A stretch of DNA of 64,000 nt from Candidatus Binatia bacterium (GCA_963666515.2 OY762897.2:3552001-3616000); one strand, 5' to 3'. Shown: positions 47,162 to 57,319, counted from the first letter of the stretch. The notes: generated by a model from the letters alone, not told the origin. Made by a program: numbers and translations.

Positions 47162-48160
47162 TTACCCGCGCGAGCGCGCCAGCTTCCACTCCTCGCCGCG
47201 GACGGACTCGTGGAACAGTTCGTCTACGTCGGCTTCGTTCCTGCACATGCCCTGCTCGCGGGAGTAGCGCGCCAGCGTGCCGAAGTTGTTGCGGTTGGTG
47301 TCGTTGAGTCCGTAGACCCACGGGTCCTCGCCCAACTGCTCCAACTGTTCCTCCCAGGCGTCCCGGAAGAACGCCAGCGGCACGATCCGGGGGTTGTTCA
47401 TGCGGTTGTAGGTCCACTGCTTGGCCTTCTCGAACGCCACCATCAGGTTCATGGGCACCCAGGGGTGCTTTTCCACGATCTCCCGCTTGATGACGGTGGT
47501 GTGCATGATGGGGAAGATGCCGGTGCGCTGGAAGTAGTCCATCTCCACCTGCTTGGGATCGTCGAAGAGGCGCTTGACCCGGGTGTCGCCTTCCAGGATG
47601 GGCGCGAGGATGTCGGGGTGGATGACCGCGTCCAACTCGCCTTCGGCGAGCATCTCCTCGACCCGCTTGCCCTTGGGCAGGCGCTCCATACGGAGGCCTT
47701 CCGGCGGATCGAACGGCACGTCCTCCTCCCTTTCGGCGCGCCATTCCAGGTCCGTGAACGAGACGCCGTACTCGTCCTGCAGGGTGCCGCGGATCCACAG
47801 GAGCGCGGTGGCCTGCCAGTTCTTGAGCCCCACGGTCTTGCCGATGAGGTCCTTGGGCTCCTGGATGCCCTTGTCCGCGTTGACGAAGATGAAGCCGTGG
47901 CGGAACCGGCGGTGCAGGAACACCGGGATGGCGGTCAGGTCGTCCGCCTCGCCGCGGTCCTTGGCCAACAGGTAGGACGAGCCCGAATGTTCGCCCACGT
48001 CGAACTCGCGGAAGCGGGCGATGCGCCAGTGGCGGGTGGACGAGTCCATGTCCGTGAGCACGGTCAGCTCGATACCGTCCGGCTGGATCACGCCTTCCTT
48101 GAGGGCGCGGATGCTCTCGTAGTCGCCGCACGCCAGTGTCAGATGAAGTTTCTCGGCCAT
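47162..48160 (-). CDS. 4,5-dihydroxyphthalate-decarboxylase-like protein (binding-protein fold, no signal peptide)
   Basis: LACGDY, FDVGE.S.SSY, IPVFLHRRFRH, TGIFPIMH, DPWVYG. Confidence 0.78.
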   Translation of the reverse strand: MAEKLHLTLACGDYESIRALKEGVIQPDGIELTVLTDMDSSTRHWRIARFREFDVGEHSGSSYLLAKDRGEADDLTAIPVFLHRRFRHGFIFVNADKGIQEPKDLIGKTVGLKNWQATALLWIRGTLQDEYGVSFTDLEWRAEREEDVPFDPPEGLRMERLPKGKRVEEMLAEGELDAVIHPDILAPILEGDTRVKRLFDDPKQVEMDYFQRTGIFPIMHTTVIKREIVEKHPWVPMNLMVAFEKAKQWTYNRMNNPRIVPLAFFRDAWEEQLEQLGEDPWVYGLNDTNRNNFGTLARYSREQGMCRNEADVDELFHESVRGEEWKLARSRG

Positions 48161-48193
48161 TTCGTTACCTCCAGTACTTGGTCATGCGAGTCT

Positions 48194-48255
48194 GCGTCCT
48201 TCGACTTCGCTCGCCCTTCGACAAGCTCAGGACTCGCTACGCTCAGGGCGAACGG
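48194..48255. repeat. Composite intergenic palindromic repeat
   Basis: gcgtccttcgacttcgctcgcccttcgacaagctcaggactcgctacgctcagggcgaacgg. Confidence 0.8.
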
Positions 48256-48279
48256 AGATTGGGTCTCAACAGCGGCTCC

Positions 48280-48981
48280 TCAGTCGATGGAGAGCCGCTT
48301 CGCCCGCCGCACGAAGTAGTCCCACATGCTGCCCAGGCGGTGCGGCGTGTAGATCTGGTCATACTTCTCGCGCGCCTCGTCGTCGCTGCTCCAGGTGGGA
48401 TCTCCGGCAGCGGCGGCCAGGAGCTGGATGCGGCACGCCTTCTCCAGGAAGATCGCGTACAGGGTGGCGGTCTCCACCGACTCGGCCACCACGGTGGAGC
48501 CGTGGTTCTTCATCAGGACGGCCCGGGCCTGGCCCAGCGTCTGGGCCACCTTCACCCCCAGCTCGGGAGTCCGGACCAGCACCGTGGTGTAGTCGAAGAG
48601 CGGCAACCCGTCGTGGAAGATGGAGCCTTCGTGGCTCACCGGGCGCAGGGGCTGCCTCAGGGAGCCGAAGGCCGTGGCATGGGGCGGATGGCTGTGGATG
48701 ACGCAGTTCACGTCCGGGCGCGCCTTGTAGATCTCGGTGTGGATGAACACCTCGGAGTGGCGCTCGTAGTCGCCCTCGATCTTGTTGCCGTCCAGGTCCA
48801 CCTTGATGATGTGGTATGGGCGGATCTCCTCGAAGCCGTAGCTGTGGGGCTTCATCAGGATGGCGTTCTCGCCCGGTATTCGGGCCGATACGTGGCCCAG
48901 GATGTTGTCCCAGTGCCCGTCGATGGCCAGGATGTTGCACGAGATGGCCACCTTGTCTCGCAACGCTACCAAGTCGTCCAT
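48280..48981 (-). CDS. Class II aldolase/adducin family protein
   Basis: GHVSAR, SEVFIH, HSH, MKNHG. Confidence 0.9.
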   Translation of the reverse strand: MDDLVALRDKVAISCNILAIDGHWDNILGHVSARIPGENAILMKPHSYGFEEIRPYHIIKVDLDGNKIEGDYERHSEVFIHTEIYKARPDVNCVIHSHPPHATAFGSLRQPLRPVSHEGSIFHDGLPLFDYTTVLVRTPELGVKVAQTLGQARAVLMKNHGSTVVAESVETATLYAIFLEKACRIQLLAAAAGDPTWSSDDEAREKYDQIYTPHRLGSMWDYFVRRAKRLSID

Positions 48982-48999
48982 GAAACCCCCTTGAACGGC

Positions 49000-49091
49000 G
49001 TCCTTCGACTTCGCTTCGCTACGCTCAGGACGAACGGAAAGAAGCTTTCACAACCGTTCGTCCTGAGCGTAGCGAAGCGAAGTCGAAGGAC
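49000..49091. repeat. Inverted dimer of the palindromic repeat (38-bp perfect arms, 16-nt loop)
   Basis: gtccttcgacttcgcttcgctacgctcaggacgaacgg followed by its exact reverse complement. Confidence 0.9.
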
Positions 49092-49100
49092 CGCAATATT

Positions 49101-50645
49101 CTATCCTCTAAGCCTGAACCGTTGTATCTTGCCGGTGACGGTCTTGGGCAGGTCGTCCACGAACTCCACCCAGCGCGGGTACTTGTACGGCTCCAGGCTG
49201 TCCTTGACGAAGTCCTGCAGTTCCTGGGCCAGCCCGCCGGTGCCGTTGTGCTCGCTCTTGAGGATGACCCAGGCCTTGGGCTTGATGAGGCCGTCTTTGT
49301 CGGCCTCTCCGGTCACCGCGGCCTCCAGCACGGCCGGGTGCTCCATCAGCGCGTTCTCCACCTCGATGGGCGAGACCCACAGGCCGCCCACCTTGAGCAT
49401 GTCGTCGGACCGGCCGCAGTACCAGAAGTAGCCGTCGTCGTCGCGGTAGTAGGTGTCGCCGGTCTTGAGCCACTCGCCGAGCATGGTGCGCTGGGTCTGC
49501 TCGTGCTTGTTCCAATAATACGGGGCGGTGGCGTCACCGGCGACGTAGAGGTTTCCGACTTCGCCGTTGGGCACCTCGCGCCCCTCGTCGTCCACCACCT
49601 TGGCCACGAAGGCCGGGGTCACCTCGCCGCTGCTGCCGGCCTTGGCGCGGCCCGGACGGTTGGCCAGGAAGTCGTGGGTGGCCTCGGTGGAGCCCACCAC
49701 GTCCAGCAGTTCCACGCCCACCTTGTCGCGCCACTGGTGGAACAGCGCCGGCGGCAGCGGCTCGCCGGACGACAGGCAGACCCGGAGCGAGCTGAGGTCG
49801 TATTCCTTCTCCACCCGCAGCATGCGCGCGTAGAGCGTGGGCACCGAGTAGAAGAAGGTCGGGCGGTAGCGTTCGATGGTCTGGAGGATCCGTTCCGGGT
49901 CCGGCTTCTCGGGCCATAGAACCCCGGCGGCGCCGAAGCGGAACGGGAAGTAGAGGGAGTTGCCCAGACCGTAGGAGAAGAACAGCTTGGAGGCGGAGAA
50001 GCAGACGTCGTCCTCGGTCATGCCCAGCACGGGCTTCACGAACAGGTCGGTGATGGTGATCATGTCGTGGTGGAGATGGACCGCGCCCTTGGGGTTGCCG
50101 GTGCTGCCCGAGGTGTAGTTCCACATGACCACGTCGTCGCGGCCGGTGGGCTCGGCTTCGAGATCGGCGGACTGGCCCTCCATGAGGGAGTCCCAACCCA
50201 TGGCGCTGCCCTGCGGCGTTCCCACCACCACCACGTGCCGCAGGTGGCGCGGCCGTTCGCGGATGGCCTCGATCTCGGGCAGCGCCGACTCGTGCACCAC
50301 CACGACGCGCGCGCGGCTGTCGTTGAGCAGGTACTCGTAGTCCGCGGCGTGCATCCAGGGATTGACGGGAATGGGGACGGCGCCGATCTTGATGGCGCCG
50401 AAGAAGGCGAAGGCGAACTGCGGGCAGTCGGGAAGCACCAGCAGCACGCGCTGCTCGGTGTCGAGGCCGAGGCCCCGGAACGCGTTCCCGGCCCGGTTCA
50501 CCGCCTCCTGGACCTGCCGGTAGGTGTACTGCTGGTCCTCGTACAGGATGGCGGTGCGCTCGCCGCGGCCGGCGGCGACGTTGTCGTCGACGAACGTGGT
50601 GGCCGCGTTGTAGGGGTCCGGCAGTTCGAGTCGCGGAGCGCTCAT
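49101..50645 (-). CDS. Benzoate-CoA-ligase family aryl-CoA ligase
   Basis: YTSGSTGNPKG, KLFFSYGLGN, GSTE, GRSDDMLKVGG, TGKIQRF. Confidence 0.9.
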   Translation of the reverse strand: MSAPRLELPDPYNAATTFVDDNVAAGRGERTAILYEDQQYTYRQVQEAVNRAGNAFRGLGLDTEQRVLLVLPDCPQFAFAFFGAIKIGAVPIPVNPWMHAADYEYLLNDSRARVVVVHESALPEIEAIRERPRHLRHVVVVGTPQGSAMGWDSLMEGQSADLEAEPTGRDDVVMWNYTSGSTGNPKGAVHLHHDMITITDLFVKPVLGMTEDDVCFSASKLFFSYGLGNSLYFPFRFGAAGVLWPEKPDPERILQTIERYRPTFFYSVPTLYARMLRVEKEYDLSSLRVCLSSGEPLPPALFHQWRDKVGVELLDVVGSTEATHDFLANRPGRAKAGSSGEVTPAFVAKVVDDEGREVPNGEVGNLYVAGDATAPYYWNKHEQTQRTMLGEWLKTGDTYYRDDDGYFWYCGRSDDMLKVGGLWVSPIEVENALMEHPAVLEAAVTGEADKDGLIKPKAWVILKSEHNGTGGLAQELQDFVKDSLEPYKYPRWVEFVDDLPKTVTGKIQRFRLRG

Positions 50646-50693
50646 GGCAGGTGTCCTGTCCCCGCAATCGGTCGATGAATCTGCGGGTCCGGC

Positions 50694-52151
50694 CTACTCG
50701 CCTCCCACCATCTCGGAAGTCTGCTCCGTGGCCATGACCACGGACTTGACCTCGCTGTAGTGCTCCACCGCCTCGTTGCCGTGCTCCTTGCCGACGCCGC
50801 TCTGCTTGACGCCGCCGAAGGGCAGCTCGTCGTAGATGATCTGCGCCGAGTTGACCCAGGTGTAGCCGGCGTCCAGCTTCTCGGCCGCGAACATGGCCTT
50901 GTCGATGTCCTGGGTCCACACCGAGGAGCCCAGGCCGAAGATGGAGTCGTTGGCCTGCGCCAGGGCCTCCTCCAGGTTCCTGACCCGCACCACCGGCAGC
51001 GCCGGACCGAACACCTCGTCGCTCAGCAGCTTGGACTTGGGGTCCACGTCCACCACGATGGACGGGTTCAGGAAATTGCCCTTGTCGAACTCGTCGCCCT
51101 TGGGGCGGTCGCCGCCCACCAGCACCTTGGCGCCCTTCTGCACCGCGTCCTCCACCTGCTCCTCCACCTCCTCGCGCTGGCCCTTGGTGTGCAGCGGTCC
51201 GAGCATGGTGCCCTTGGTGAGGCCGTTGCCCACCCTGAGCTTGCGCACCTTCTCCACCAGCTTGCCGACGAACTCGTCGTAGATCTCGTCGTACAGGTAG
51301 AGGCGCTTCACCGCCAGACAGGCTTGGCCGCAGTTGAAGAAGCGGCCCACCGAGGCCGCGCTCACGGCCCGGTCGATGTTGGCGTCGGCGCACACGATCA
51401 TGGGGTCGCTGCCGCCCAGCTCCAGGGTGACCCGCTTGACCTCCTGGGAGGCCACTTCCATGATCCGCTTGCCGGTGTCGGTGGCGCCGGTGAAGCCCAC
51501 CTTGCGGATGACCGGGTTGCGGAGAATCTCCTCACCCACGGCGCCGCCCGGCCCGGTGACCATGTTGATGGTGCCCTTGGGAAGCCCGGCCTGCTGCACC
51601 AGCTCGACGCACCGGGTGGCGGTCAGCGGCGTGGTGCTGGCCGGCTTGATGACCATGGCGTTGCCCGCGAGCAGCGCCGGGCCCACCTTGTTGCCCATCA
51701 GCGACACGGGGAAGTTCCACGGCACGATGGAGCCCACCACGCCCATGGGCTTGTGCATGATGAGGCCGTAGCGGCCGTCGGCGAGCTTGACGTAGCCGCC
51801 GCGCAGGGTCTTGGCCATGCCGGCGTAGTGCTCCAGGGTGTGCGCGAAGCGGCGGATCTCCAGCACCGACTCCCGGTGCGCCTTGCCCTGCTCCTTGGTG
51901 AGCAGCTCGGTCAGCTCCTTCTCGTTCTGCAACACCAGACGAGCGGCTTCGGCCAGGCACTCGCCGCGCTTGGAGGGCGCGAACTTGCCCCATTCCACCG
52001 CCGCCTCTTCCGCGGCCGCCACGGCGCGCTTCACGTCGTCGGCCGTGCCCTTGGGGACGGTGTCCACCACCTCGCCGGTGGCGGGATTGTAGATGGTGGT
52101 GGTCTCGCCGCTTGCGGTATCCGTGTACTCGCCTGCAATGAACATCTGCAT
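50694..52151 (-). CDS. NAD(P)-dependent aldehyde dehydrogenase
   Basis: PWNFP, GFTG, LELGGSDP, GQAC, EVFGP, PFGG. Confidence 0.94.
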   Translation of the reverse strand: MQMFIAGEYTDTASGETTTIYNPATGEVVDTVPKGTADDVKRAVAAAEEAAVEWGKFAPSKRGECLAEAARLVLQNEKELTELLTKEQGKAHRESVLEIRRFAHTLEHYAGMAKTLRGGYVKLADGRYGLIMHKPMGVVGSIVPWNFPVSLMGNKVGPALLAGNAMVIKPASTTPLTATRCVELVQQAGLPKGTINMVTGPGGAVGEEILRNPVIRKVGFTGATDTGKRIMEVASQEVKRVTLELGGSDPMIVCADANIDRAVSAASVGRFFNCGQACLAVKRLYLYDEIYDEFVGKLVEKVRKLRVGNGLTKGTMLGPLHTKGQREEVEEQVEDAVQKGAKVLVGGDRPKGDEFDKGNFLNPSIVVDVDPKSKLLSDEVFGPALPVVRVRNLEEALAQANDSIFGLGSSVWTQDIDKAMFAAEKLDAGYTWVNSAQIIYDELPFGGVKQSGVGKEHGNEAVEHYSEVKSVVMATEQTSEMVGGE

Positions 52152-52362
52152 TGGACGAACTCTCCTCGTGTGTGAAGTATTTTGCAGCCCGCGGGACTTG
52201 GCCGGGATTTTGCGTCGTAACCGGTGAAGGGGCGGTTTCGGCGAATCTGCGTCAGTCGAAGGCTGAAGCAGAATGAACCACGTCAGGGCAAGGCTGTCAA
52301 GGAACCTGGTTGACTTGCCCGGACGATTATTGTAATCAGCGGTCCGTTAGGGAGTTGTTCAA

Positions 52363-52719
52363 ATGAACGTCGATATTTCGGCAATCGCCATCATTGTGTC
52401 AGTAGTCGTGTCAGCGGTGGGCGTGGGCGTGGCGTTGGGCAGGATGATACAGGGGCTCCGCAGGGACCTGTTCAGGGAAATGGACCTGCGTTTCGCCCAC
52501 GTGGATCAGCGCTTCTCCGAGGTGGACCGGCGGTTCGTCGAGGTTAGGGAGCGTTTCATTGAGAGTATTTCGGAAGTGCGCGAAGAGGTGCGCGACGTCC
52601 GTGAAGAAGTCCGCGAAGTGCGACAAGACGTGACCGGTCTCCGCAAGGAGATGGGCGAAATGCGGGAAGAGATAGGCGTCCTGCGCGAGCGCACCGCCAC
52701 ACGGGCCACGGCCGGCTGA
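52363..52719 (+). CDS. Small membrane-anchored coiled-coil protein with heptad repeats
   Basis: N-terminal TM helix; VDQRFSE-VDRRFVE and EVREEVRD-VREEVRE repeats. Confidence 0.75.
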   Translation: MNVDISAIAIIVSVVVSAVGVGVALGRMIQGLRRDLFREMDLRFAHVDQRFSEVDRRFVEVRERFIESISEVREEVRDVREEVREVRQDVTGLRKEMGEMREEIGVLRERTATRATAG

Positions 52720-52797
52720 GGTCGAAGCTCCCACGAGGCCGGCGAACGCAGCCCTTGGGACGCGCGTCAGGATCTGATTATATGCGTCAGAACCCCG

Positions 52798-54009
52798 TCA
52801 AAACGCCGTCCGGGTCTCCTTGCCGCTCATCTCCACGTAGACCTTCTCGGACGTCACCGGCTTGCCGTCGAGGCAGTCCTTGAGCCAGTCCACGACGATG
52901 GTGCGCGCCGCCGGGTTGCGGAGCGAGTGGCGCTCGCCCTCGTAGACGTAGAGCACCTTGGGGCAGGTGGCCTCGTCCACGACCTCGTAGGCGAATTCGA
53001 TGGGGCACAGTTCGTCGTCCTCACCCGCGACGACCATGTACGGACATTGGATCCTGGCCGCGACCCCCTCGAGGGTCAGCGTCTTGCAGAACTCGTCGAA
53101 CTCCGCCTCGTCGTCGTAGCCGGACATGTACATGTAGTTGAGCTTGAAGGTCGGCGCGGCCGTGTTGAAGATGGTGTACTGCGTGGGCTCCATGCACACG
53201 CCCACCACCGCGCAGGCCTTGAAGCCGGGCTCGGCCGCGGCCATGCGCGTGCCCCAGTAGGAGCCCATGCTGGAGCCGTAGATGGCCATGCGGTCGCCGT
53301 CGATCTCGGGGCGGGTCTTGAGGTACGCATACGCCGCCCTGGCGCCGTCCTCGCAGTTGGTGGCGGTGCAGGTGATGCCGCGCTCCCGGGTCTCGCCCTG
53401 GCCCGGGCCGTCGATGGAAAGGATCGCCAGCCCCCGCTGCAGCAGCGGATCGCCCATGAGCGGGTTGTCTTCCTTCACCCCGTCCATGCCGGGCTGATAG
53501 AGGATGCACGGGAACCGCTCCCCCGGCGCCGGCTGGTGCGGCAAATGCAGCAAGGCGGCCTGCTTGCCGCCCGGCACGGTCAGGTCCACCCGCTCGATGG
53601 GATGGTCGGCGAACCGGATGTAGCGGTCGTAGCAGTCCCGCTTGCTCTCCGCCCAGGCCATGCGCTTGGGGTTCCCGTCCTCGTAGATGCCCCACTGGGC
53701 CGCGGTGTAGTAGGTGGCCGCCACGTAGTAGTGCTCGCGCGCCTCCACCGTGTGCCCCAGCGCCTCGGCCGCCCGCGCCCTTTTCTCGCGGCCCTCCGCG
53801 GCGCGGGAGAACTCGCGCGGGAAGTCCGTGAACTTCTGCACCCGCTGCCCGATGCCGCGAAGCTCCCCGGCAATGCCCGGTCCGCAGTTCCGCAGCATCT
53901 TGTTCGACCGCCCCTGGTCGAAATCGAGGCCGCTCACCTTGATGACCTGGTCGAGTATCCAGCGCTGCTCCTGCCAGCGTTTCATCTTCCTCTCGGTGCT
54001 CGCGCGCAT
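52798..54009 (-). CDS. Alpha/beta hydrolase (FrsA / 2,6-dihydroxypseudooxynicotine-hydrolase-like)
   Basis: PGMDGVKE, DGPGQGE, GSSMG, GEDD, catalytic His; start inferred at 54009. Confidence 0.85.
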   Translation of the reverse strand: MRASTERKMKRWQEQRWILDQVIKVSGLDFDQGRSNKMLRNCGPGIAGELRGIGQRVQKFTDFPREFSRAAEGREKRARAAEALGHTVEAREHYYVAATYYTAAQWGIYEDGNPKRMAWAESKRDCYDRYIRFADHPIERVDLTVPGGKQAALLHLPHQPAPGERFPCILYQPGMDGVKEDNPLMGDPLLQRGLAILSIDGPGQGETRERGITCTATNCEDGARAAYAYLKTRPEIDGDRMAIYGSSMGSYWGTRMAAAEPGFKACAVVGVCMEPTQYTIFNTAAPTFKLNYMYMSGYDDEAEFDEFCKTLTLEGVAARIQCPYMVVAGEDDELCPIEFAYEVVDEATCPKVLYVYEGERHSLRNPAARTIVVDWLKDCLDGKPVTSEKVYVEMSGKETRTAF

Positions 54010-54232
54010 GTCGAAGTCCCCCTCTCGCCGATCCGTGTTGCGGGCGCGGAACGGTTCGCAGCGCCTCCCGCGCCGACGGTCCTTGACCCGCTCGAAAGGG
54101 TCTATATACAATCGCCCCCGCCGTGATCAATGTCCGGGAACGAAAACCCGGCAAAGCCCTTGCCGGTGGACTACAGGAACATCACGCCCGTTTCTCCATA
54201 CTCGGCGTGAGGCGTCCAGAGTTGGGGCTTCC

Positions 54233-54742
54233 ATGAGGATTCGCCCGCAGACCGTCTTCAGTTTCCTGGTCCTCCTGTTCTTTGCCGTCGTGATCTGGGG
54301 GGCAAAGGACTGGCCCGTGAAGGCGCAGCTCTATCCCTGGGTGATCGGCATTCCCATGCTCGTGCTGGCCGCCTTCCGTCTCGTGACGGACTTGAGGAGC
54401 AATGCCGGGAAGGGCGCTTCCCCGGTCACGCCGGCCGAATCCTCGGACAGCACGCCGGCCGACATTCAGTTCACGAGAGAGGTCGATCCCGTCATCGCGA
54501 GACGGCGAACGGTCCATATCTTCTCGTGGATCTTCGGTTTCCTGCTTGCGTGCTGGCTCCTCGGCCTGTCGGTGACGATCCCGCCGTTCGTCTTCCTTTA
54601 CCTCAAGGTCAAGTCGGGCGAGGGTTGGACCCTCTCCCTCGTGCTGACCGGGGCCGTCTGGCTCTTGTATTGGGGCCTCTTCGACCGGTTGCTTCGGCTG
54701 CCTTTCCCCGAGGGACAGCTCTATCTCTGGCTGGGGCTATGA
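54233..54742 (+). CDS. Tripartite tricarboxylate transporter small subunit (TctB family)
   Basis: Four to five TM helices, LFDRLLRLPFPEG; overlaps tctA. Confidence 0.82.
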   Translation: MRIRPQTVFSFLVLLFFAVVIWGAKDWPVKAQLYPWVIGIPMLVLAAFRLVTDLRSNAGKGASPVTPAESSDSTPADIQFTREVDPVIARRRTVHIFSWIFGFLLACWLLGLSVTIPPFVFLYLKVKSGEGWTLSLVLTGAVWLLYWGLFDRLLRLPFPEGQLYLWLGL

Positions 54743-56214
54743 TCGAGTCCGCCACAAGCGGCTTGCTCCAGGTGTTGTCCTGGCCCGCGTTCGGTTTCCT
54801 CCTGCTTGGAGGAGCGATCGGCTTCGTCGTCGGCATCCTGCCTGGGCTCGGTGGACTGACCACCCTGGCGCTGATGCTCCCCTTCGCCTACACGATCCAG
54901 GAGCCCATCGCGGCTTTCTGCTTCCTTCTCGGGATGCACGCCATTACCGGGACCACCGGAGACATCACCTCCATCCTTTTCGGCATTCCGGGCGAGGGGA
55001 CGTCCGCGGCCACGATCATGGACGGCTACCCCATGACCAAGAAGGGGCAGGCTGGGAGGGCCCTGGGGGCTGCCCTGACCAGCTCGCTCGTGGCCGGGCT
55101 CGAGGGGGCGATCATCCTGGCGATTTCCATCCCCATCATGCGGCCCCTCGTGCTGTTCTTTGGCGCGCCCGAGCTCTTCATGCTCACCATCCTGGGAATC
55201 ACGTTCCTCGCCACGCTCAGCAGTGCCTCGCTGAGCAAGGGAGTCCTGGCCGGAGGCATCGGGCTCGCGATTTCCGCGGTCGGCATCGAAGATCACACGG
55301 GAACGCTTCGGTACACAATGGGCACCATCTATCTCTGGGAAGGACTGAGCCTGGCGCCGGTCGTGGTGGGGCTCTTCGCCATCCCGGAGATCGTGGACCT
55401 GGCCGTGAGGGGTTCGAGCATCGCCGAGTCCAAGGTGGAAAGGATCAGCGGCGTGCTGGAGGGCGTCAGGGATACTTTCCGGCATTTCTGGCTCACCATG
55501 CGCTGCGGCATGATCGGCGTCATGGTCGGCGCCGTGCCCGGGGTGGGGGGCGGCGTCTCCCAGTGGATGGCCTACGCCCACGCCGTGCAGAGCTCGAAGG
55601 ACAAGAAGCGTTTCGGAACCGGGGCCGTGGAAGGCGTACTTGGACCCGGCGCGGCGAACAACTCCAAGGAGGGCGGCAACCTCATCCCCACCGTCGCCTT
55701 CGGGGTTCCGGGGACCACCGGCATGGCGATCCTGCTGGGGGCCTTCCTGATCGTCGGCCTGACGCCGGGACCGGACATGCTGACCAAGCACCTCGATGTC
55801 ACCCTGGCGATGGTGTGGATACTGGTGATCTCCAATATCCTGGCCGCGGGTGTCGCCTTCCTGTTTCTCAGCCAGTTGGTCAAGCTCACCTTCGTGCGCG
55901 GGAATCTGCTGATTCCTTTCCTTGTCGTGTTCGTATTCCTCGGCGCGTTCTCGGCGAACAACCACTTCGCGGACATCGTGGTGGCCTGTGTCTTCGGCGT
56001 CCTGGGCTATTTCATGGTCCTGTTCGGATGGCCCAGGGCTCCGTTCGTTCTCGGTCTCGTCCTGGGACGCCTTGCCGAGAGGTACCTCGGGATATCGCTC
56101 GGCGCCTACGGCACGGCCTGGCTTCTCCACCCGCCCGTTCTGGTCATGATCGTGATTTTGTTGGGAAGTGTTTCCTATAGTGTGTACAAGAGGATGAGCA
56201 CCGGTAGCGTCTAA
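54739..56214 (+). CDS. Tripartite tricarboxylate transporter permease (TctA family)
   Basis: GILPGLG, GIPG, DGYPM, AANNS, FGVPG. Confidence 0.92.
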   Translation: MIESATSGLLQVLSWPAFGFLLLGGAIGFVVGILPGLGGLTTLALMLPFAYTIQEPIAAFCFLLGMHAITGTTGDITSILFGIPGEGTSAATIMDGYPMTKKGQAGRALGAALTSSLVAGLEGAIILAISIPIMRPLVLFFGAPELFMLTILGITFLATLSSASLSKGVLAGGIGLAISAVGIEDHTGTLRYTMGTIYLWEGLSLAPVVVGLFAIPEIVDLAVRGSSIAESKVERISGVLEGVRDTFRHFWLTMRCGMIGVMVGAVPGVGGGVSQWMAYAHAVQSSKDKKRFGTGAVEGVLGPGAANNSKEGGNLIPTVAFGVPGTTGMAILLGAFLIVGLTPGPDMLTKHLDVTLAMVWILVISNILAAGVAFLFLSQLVKLTFVRGNLLIPFLVVFVFLGAFSANNHFADIVVACVFGVLGYFMVLFGWPRAPFVLGLVLGRLAERYLGISLGAYGTAWLLHPPVLVMIVILLGSVSYSVYKRMSTGSV

Positions 56215-56237
56215 CCACCTTGAAGGGAGGCAATACC

Positions 56238-57302
56238 ATGAAGTGGACGAGTAAGACCTTGATGTTCGCGGCCGCGGTTTGGATGCTCCAGGGCTCCATG
56301 CCGGGATCCGCCGAGGCCCAGGCCAAACCCTACTACGAGGGCAAGACCATCCTGGTCATTGTCGGCTCCGGGCCGGGCGCGGGAAACGACATAAGGACGA
56401 GATTGTTCGCCCGGCATGCGGCCAGGCATATCCCCGGCAAGCCGCAACTCGTGGTGCAGAACCGAAGCGGCGGCGGCGGCCTCAGGGCGCGCAACTACCT
56501 GTACAACATCGCCAAGCCCGACGGGCTCACCATTGCGGAGATCATCCGGGGCACCGGCCTTCAGGACGCCATCGACGAGCCGGCGGCGCGCTTCAAGGCC
56601 GACAAGTTCAACTGGATCGGAAACCTGACCACCGCCACCGCGACCTGCGTGGGCCGCATCGACCGGGTCGGAGCGAACCTCGAAGACGCCATCGAGCGTT
56701 CCAGGAAGACCCAGTTGCGCGAGGGTGAAACGAGCGGCAACAGCACCGGCGCGGCGATAGGGAAGATGCTGCAGAGGTTCACCGGCATCAACACGAGGCT
56801 GGTGGTGGGCTATCAGGGCGGCGCACCCATTGATCTCGCCATGGAGAAGGGCGAGGTGGACATGCGCTGCGGCTTTGTCTGGAGCTCGGCCAAGACCAGG
56901 AAGAAGCACTGGTTCAAGCGCTTGGGAAGCGAGAAGCCCTTCGCCTCCCTGCTCATCCAGGTCGCGACCAAGCGGCATCCCGAGTTGTCCGACGTCCCGA
57001 CCCTGATCGAGTTGGCGCCCGACCAGGAGTCGAAGGACGTCGCGGAGATGCTGACGCTGACGTACCGGAATGCCTATCCGATGCTGGCGCCTCCGGGAAC
57101 GCCCGAGAACATCGTCAAGATCTTGCGGGATGCTTTCTGGGCCACGGTCCATGACCCGCAGTACCTCGCGGACGCGAAGAAGATCGGCTATCTGGACGAC
57201 GAGCCCCTCAAGGGAGAAGATGTCCAGAAACTGATCGGGAAGATCGTGTCTTCACCGGAGAAATCCAGAAAGCTCATGGCCAGGATCGTCTCCGGGAAAT
57301 AG
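56238..57302 (+). CDS. Tripartite tricarboxylate transporter substrate-binding protein (TctC/Bug family)
   Basis: Signal peptide, YYEGKTI, HIPGKP, KPDGLT, GYQG, DVPT, APPGTP. Confidence 0.88.
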   Translation: MKWTSKTLMFAAAVWMLQGSMPGSAEAQAKPYYEGKTILVIVGSGPGAGNDIRTRLFARHAARHIPGKPQLVVQNRSGGGGLRARNYLYNIAKPDGLTIAEIIRGTGLQDAIDEPAARFKADKFNWIGNLTTATATCVGRIDRVGANLEDAIERSRKTQLREGETSGNSTGAAIGKMLQRFTGINTRLVVGYQGGAPIDLAMEKGEVDMRCGFVWSSAKTRKKHWFKRLGSEKPFASLLIQVATKRHPELSDVPTLIELAPDQESKDVAEMLTLTYRNAYPMLAPPGTPENIVKILRDAFWATVHDPQYLADAKKIGYLDDEPLKGEDVQKLIGKIVSSPEKSRKLMARIVSGK

Positions 57303-57319
57303 CTCGATATCAGGGAGAG

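Noticed and set aside
48194-49091. Repeats as a CRISPR array
   Set aside because: No regular repeat-spacer periodicity and no cas genes; these are dispersed palindromes.
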